The notes under the pieces are model-generated. The model did no database searches. It had not been told where the DNA came from and worked only from the letters and a program-made list of their open reading frames with translations. Below, piece after piece: positions 59,201 through 64,000 of a DNA stretch of 64,000 nucleotides. The stretch comes from Raillietiella orientalis (lineage: Eukaryota), in assembly GCA_036172245.1 (NCBI GenBank), contig JAYWIR010000012.1:1302001-1366000 (forward strand), in the 5' to 3' direction. Each line of letters opens with the position of its first letter. Position 1 is the first letter of the stretch. Made by a program: the position numbers and the translations under genes.

Positions 59201-61278
59201 CTGGTGGCATTCAGCTGGCACACGTCGGGGTCGCAGCTCTCTGCAAGATTCAAAAGAGAGTGTCCGGGAATGCCAGTGGAGTCATCGGGTGAGGCCGATC
59301 CCGCGGCGGGAGGCCTCTGCTTGGGCGCACGGGAAAGGCGCCGCCGCCGCGCTCGCGACCCGACAAGAGAACGGGAGACGGAGACGGGACGAGGGAGTGG
59401 GCCCGCTGGCGAACGGCTGGCCTTCCCGGAGGCTGGGTCGGGAGGAAGGCGTTGTCAAGGGAAACTACGAGGCGACGTGAGGCTTCCCCCTGCGCTCCCG
59501 GGAAGGTTGATCGGAGGGGCGCGAGGAGAGCCGCGGCTTCCCCGGGGGAGGGGCCGACCACGCTCTCACACCCGCGACAACCACGCCGTGGTCGCCGCGC
59601 GCCCTCCAGCAAGGCCTCTGTGCGCCTCCTCTGGCCGTCCGCAAGCCACACGCCGAACCCTGGCGGGAAGGTCACGGGGGCCGCCCGGAAGGCGCGCAAG
59701 AGAGGGCGAGGGATCTGACCCTGAGCTGCACTCGCAGGGAGAAGAGGGGGGAGGCGCTGGAGGATACCGGAGGACCCCGAAAGCCGCTACCGCCTGCTAG
59801 CAGGTGAGAGAGAAACCGCCACCTCGGAGCATCCAAGATGGCCAACGGTGTCCTTCCGCTCCCACAGACCCGTGCCGACCACAGAGGGGATGCTGCGACC
59901 AGCCACCGGATGCGGAGCGCATTCGGCCGCAAGGGCACCGGCCGGCAGCCTCCCGCACGTTGCCAGGAGAGCACGCGCGAGAGCCACAGAGGAAGGGATC
60001 AAGAGACATTTCGGCGACCCCCTCCGTCGAGGAGAACCCGGGGACCTTCACAGAACCCGGGGGCGACTATGCGGCGCATGCGGAAGCTCCCCGCGGGGCC
60101 ACGCAGTCTCGAGCTGTCGAGGCTGCTTCTTGCCCCTCCACCTTCTCCCCGCTTCTTTTTTGTCCCTCTGGACCGCGGAGTCCTGGACCGCCTCTGCAGG
60201 AGGGAGCAGTCCCTCCGCGGCCTCGCTAGCACCAGAAGGACGCCCACCCTCGGTCGGACGACGCGATGACGGGCGTCCTCGGATTTTTTATTTGACCTCT
60301 CGCCACCGAGAAAAGTCGCCCCCTCGACTCGGAAGGTCGGAGGTGGCCTCGGGGCTGCTCGGAAAGTTTTTGTGAACGTCCGGACAGCTTTGCTCTCCTC
60401 CTCTTCCCCTCCTCCTTCTCTTCCTGCTTGCTAATGCTGCCGCCGCGGTTGCCCTTTGACCTTTGTCCTTTGCCCGAGAAGGCCACGGCAGCATGTGCGC
60501 ACGCGCGGGACCACAGAGAAGAGGAAGAGGCGGAGGGGGGGGGGGCGGACACGAGGAAGGGGCGAGGAAATGACGCTGCTGTGCGGGTGCCGGATGGGGT
60601 CATCCCAGAGTCAGCAGCGTCCTTTGTGCGCTCTTCTCCGAGGTCCGCCAGCAGAGGTAGCCACCCTCCATTGCCGGAGGGGCTCCTCGATCCAGGAGTA
60701 GGGAAAGGGAAAAGGGGTCCGGGACTCGCCGTGCGCGCTCTTCCTTCCCTCGGATTGAGGGCAGGTCCTCGGGCAACGCGCGCTTCCCCAGACCCATCAC
60801 GGGGATCCCAAAAGAAGAGGTGGTCAGCAGCGGGTCCGCGTCTCCATAGCAGCAGGCGAGAGAGGGATCACCTCCCTTGGCCCCTCGGGATGGGGGGTCT
60901 AGGGAGCGGCCGGAAGGACAGGAAGCCAGCGTCGGCGGAGAAGGAAAGCAGCGTCCCATCAGGAGCCCACCTTCCCGATGGTCCAGGGGCCCCTGGAGGT
61001 GCGGAACTCGCGCGTCTCGACCGATGGGTGACCAGAGACGCGCCCCACGTTCCGCTCTCCTTCCCTGGATCACCCGGGGAGACCAGAGAAACAAGGGCAT
61101 CCGCTCTGTTCCGCGCGGGTGGGGTCGATGGAGTGGTCAACTTACCGGAAAATCCGAAGATGTCACCCTGATGATGGCGGATGATTTGCCTGGGGAGGGG
61201 GCGGGGAGGGGACGGGCCGGCAGCGGCGGCGGCGGCGAGGAGCAGGCAGGAGAGAACCAGGAGGCTGGAGGCGGCCAT
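44233..61278 (-). CDS. sha: Shavenoid-like single-pass membrane protein
   Basis: Exons 61278-61146 (signal peptide, IIRHHQGDIF), 59240-59100 (CQCQCDNEYPTFRDDTHECV), 49368-49258 (ECTQAYF...IPYIFMP..NQLVHPRAQI), 48920-48769, 47842-47707 (WYGDQSLRRQVEGRVVLVHLTC...PCVAFRVAG), 47650-47427 (TM + KHRRRRKK), unresolved exon(s) in 46450-45570, 45342-45139, 45075-44233 (EAEEFIGRIRELM..TRQRMATRRFSPTLCPIAEE). Motifs match arthropod shavenoid; the 3' end may extend below 44233. Confidence 0.85.
50300..51150 (-). mobile_element. Probable LINE ORF2 3' remnant in shavenoid intron 2
   Basis: ERRWPWL...HWG and LVPTSVSARL...CAA resemble the pre-zf-RVT region; very decayed. Confidence 0.3.
52542..52616 (-). mobile_element. 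tRNA-like sequence (tRNA-derived SINE head or tRNA pseudogene)
   Basis: Minus strand GCCACG...TCTCGG CCCGTGGTA CCGAGA ATC GTGGG TTCGAAT CCCTC CCGTGGA: perfect B-box GGTTCGAATCC (52552-52562), acceptor-like and anticodon-like stems, degenerate D-arm/A-box. Confidence 0.6.
52700..56600 (-). mobile_element. Degenerate L1/Tx1-type LINE in shavenoid intron 2
   Basis: Linker motifs HRWWDRK and EEAAARGSQQRSR, RT motif LLSPSFRGVRCCPSP (cf. RGVRQGCPLSP), in the expected order. Confidence 0.7.
56730..57230. repeat. AT-rich low-complexity insert with internal ~35-bp direct repeat
   Basis: Abrupt AT-rich block in GC-rich context; recurrent ATGCATAT words; ATATG(T/C)ACGTC..TAAATATCGA twice at ~57096-57155. 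Confidence 0.5.
57300..58400 (-). mobile_element. Possible Ty3/gypsy gag-protease remnant
   Basis: LSGPALRR**...TTWTDRQLQFLPEEEEQ..LRMRP (retrotransposon gag-like) followed by GLLDAVFNTGTEVPF (cf. DTGAEVS); no LTRs identified. Confidence 0.3.
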
Positions 61279-62487
61279 GTCTTCGCGGGGGCGTCGTCGT
61301 CGTCTTCCTGCCCGGGCGGCGGCAGCGGCGTCATCTCCGGGCGTCGCCGCGGACCCCGCGCGCTCCGTCCCTCGCGGGCGTCGTCGCTTCCCGGGCGGTC
61401 CTGGCGTGGCGGAGCAGACGACAGGCGATCAGTGGCGGCGGACGCACCGGGACGCGCTCGCAAGCAGCGCGGTCGGGAGCCACGCGCTGCGGTCTGCGAG
61501 GGGCGCGCCGCTCTGTGGAAGTCGGGAGAACGACGAGGACGACGGCAGCCTCGGTGTCAGCCTAAACGGAGGAGGGCGAACGACCCCCCCTTCCTGTTGC
61601 CAGGGGTTCAGGGACACGGGTGACGGCGGGCCGGGCATGGAGCTCCCATCCACCGTGGGCCTAGGGTCACCTTCGCTTTCCCAGCCCTTCTTCCTGTGGG
61701 GGTTGCCCGGGCCCCCTCGAGCATCCTTCCCTTTGGTCCCTCTAGGAGGAAATGAGGCGCGGGACAGTGAGGAGAGGACTCCCCTCCACTGCATGTGCCC
61801 TCTCGAAGAGCGGCAGCATGTCGACGTCCGAGAGGCCTGGAAACCCGGAAGGGCGAATGCTGCTTCTGTCCCGGAAGAGACATAGGCAGCGCGCACTGCC
61901 CATGCCTCGTTTCCTCGGAGACGGCTGTTGGGGACGGACTAGGAAAGAGGGAAACGGTGAAGATCTGGGCAACCGCCACTAAGAACCGGAAGGACGCCCG
62001 CGCAGAGGGTGCACGGCGGCTGCACCGTGGGGGACCCTCGACTCACACGGCAAAGGTCCTCTGCTGCCTGCGGGAGCGCGCGTCGACGCCGGATGTCGCT
62101 GGCGAGCAAAGAGTAGGTCGATCCTTCCCTTTCCTCTGCCTTCGAGATCCCACGTTCCCACGAGAACGCGCCTCCGGCTCAGAGCCATCGCCTTGGAGAC
62201 GATCGAAGGGTCCCGTCCGCCTTAGTTGTCCCCCCAGCGAACGGGCGTGACTGCCGCCTCCCCTCGGCTCGACGAGATCAAAGAGGTCCTCGCGCGGAAA
62301 TGTGAGCTCCGAAATGATCGACGCGCCATCTCCATGCCAGCGCTTCACTTTGACGCCAGCCAATCACGTGGACTTGGTTCCCGCTCGGATTCGTCGCTTC
62401 CGACTATGAGAATTCCAGCAGTGAAACAATCGCGACAGGGGGGATCCCAAACCATTGTTGTCGCTGCATTCGCTCGCTGGACGAATT

Positions 62488-63063
62488 GATCGGCGGGGGT
62501 GCGTCTCTTGGTCACTTGACCACCTTCGCCGCCGATGGTGGCATGCGTCGTGAATGGGCACTCAGGGCGCAGAGACAGCGTGGAGAGCAGCTCAGCGCCG
62601 CAAATAAGGCGAAGAAAGGGGTCGTCGTCCCAGCTTCGCTCGAGAGTTCTTGCGAGAGCCGTCCTTCCTGCATTGGCGTAAAGGCGCCGCCGCAGGGCGG
62701 GGAAGAGGGGAACGGGAATCCCTACCGTCGCTCGTTCCCTGCCCAACCCGGAAACGCGTCCCGAAGGGGGAGCACTCTCCTCCCCCAGGATCTGCTGCGA
62801 GCTCGGAGACCTCGACACTCTGGCGGCATCACCTCGGTCTCGTGATCCCGAATTGCCCTGGCTCGGGTGCTCTCGGGAAAATTCCGGAACCTCGGCCACC
62901 CACTCCAATCCCAGATCTCGGTTTCCGCGGGACCACGGAAGTCGCATCGGTGTCTTTTGTTGGACCGAATCGATCGGCAGGGGCGTCTCACGCGGCCACT
63001 TGACCACCCTCTCCGCCGACGATGGCATGTGTCATGAATGGGCGGTCAGGGCGCAGAGACAGC
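62488..63063. repeat. ~92-bp direct repeat pair (62488-62579 and 62972-63063), probably duplicated LINE RT fragment
   Basis: GATCGGC.GGGG...CACTTGACCACC.TC.CCGCCGA.G.TGGCATG.GTC.TGAATGGGC..TCAGGGCGCAGAGACAGC in both copies; minus-strand LSLRP(E/D).PF recalls LSLDQEKAF. Confidence 0.8.
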
Positions 63064-63079
63064 AGGGAGTGCAACCCAT

Positions 63080-64000
63080 CTCTCCGAGAGAGGGGGAGAA
63101 GAGGGTACAACAGAGGATCTCCTCTTTCCCCTCCACAAGGCAGGGAAGGAAGGTGCCATCTAGCACTCTCCGGGGAGCGAGTTTCAGGGGGGAGGAGAAT
63201 CAGCATCCTCCCCATCACCTTCCCTTCCCCCCCCTCCGTCAATTGATCACGCCGACAAACAACCCCCGGGCTGCGGATCGTGAGGAGACTCCAGATAAAG
63301 TGGCCCTTGAAAGCCTCCGCCTCAGGATAATGGGTTTTCCGGATCAACAGGGTCATAAAAGGGGGTAAAGATTGCGTCTTTGCGCGTAACCAGGGATTCG
63401 CTCCCCGGCTACGAGGGAAGGGCGGTGTCCCCAGTCCAAAACCCGATGCCAAACATCTTCGGCTCTCGGATCCTCCGCCACCCTCCTCGTGATGCTGCAG
63501 ATGTCTCCTCGCGGGAGGAGAGGAACGACCATCTGTCAAGTGCTCACCGGCTCGGAGCGATAGGACCGATTTCGGTCGTCAGAACAACCACAGCAGCATC
63601 CGACTGTCGCCGGATCTTCAGGCAGAAGAGGATCGGGCAAAATCAATCAAGTTACTTGGAGGTCCGAAGAGTAGCCTTCAGCCCCCGTACCGAGGGGGCG
63701 CTCGCCCGTCGCGGCCTTGAGCCCGTTAGCACCGTGGGGAAGATCACTCTTTGTCCTCGGGGGAAATCCTTCCGAAAATTCCCCGGTGCAGGCGCACTTT
63801 CGAGTGCGGGATGGGTTCCGCTGCTCCTGACGCCACTCGCCCTCGGCTACCCACGTCCTCAGGAACGTCCGACCTCGGAGGCTCCCAGAGCGCCCCCCTG
63901 TGTGTCACGGAAGGCAGCAGCGGCACGAGTGCAGAGGCATCAGCCAGCTGCGAAGCAGGCCGGCGAGGGCTCCGGGAATGCTCTGGGACGGCGAGGATGA
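63080..64000 (-). mobile_element. Probable decayed LINE ORF2 fragment running off the window
   Basis: FMTLLIRKTHYPE...IWSLL loosely matches I.LI.K...NWRPISLL upstream of the repeated RT-like fragment. Confidence 0.3.

Noticed and set aside
62488..63063. Direct repeats as LTRs of a miniature LTR element
   Set aside because: No TG...CA ends, primer-binding site or polypurine tract; the translation looks like a LINE RT fragment.
1..64000. Most long ORFs in the supplied track as standalone genes; prokaryotic features (operons, CRISPR arrays, rRNA)
   Set aside because: They are Arg/Pro/Gly/Ser-rich shadows of GC-rich DNA or antisense frames; the real genes are spliced. No repeat-spacer array or rRNA-like sequence was seen.

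Overview
Eukaryotic genomic DNA, almost certainly an arthropod and probably not an insect (shavenoid plus a Mu-class GST, FANCB and the minor-spliceosome gene ZCRB1). Most entries in the six-frame ORF track are spurious GC-rich ORFs; the real genes are spliced and have very short introns. Layout: (1) 1-21.8 kb is a graveyard of decayed L1/Tx1-type LINEs with an intronless ABCG-transporter pseudogene; (2) an intact two-exon Mu-class GST at 22.1-22.9 kb; (3) an AT-rich, CpG-depleted island (~24-34 kb) holding an intact ATRIP gene head-to-head with a decayed coiled-coil (CEP89-like) gene; (4) a 10-exon FANCB gene (35985-41771) whose 2.8-kb third intron contains a complete ZCRB1 gene on the SAME strand, with phase-compatible splice sites and ZCRB1's stop only 119 nt from the next FANCB exon; (5) a minus-strand shavenoid-like gene (~44.2-61.3 kb) with TE remnants in its introns. 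The same-strand FANCB/ZCRB1 nesting is the most striking feature. All protein identifications come from manual translation and remembered family motifs, not database searches.
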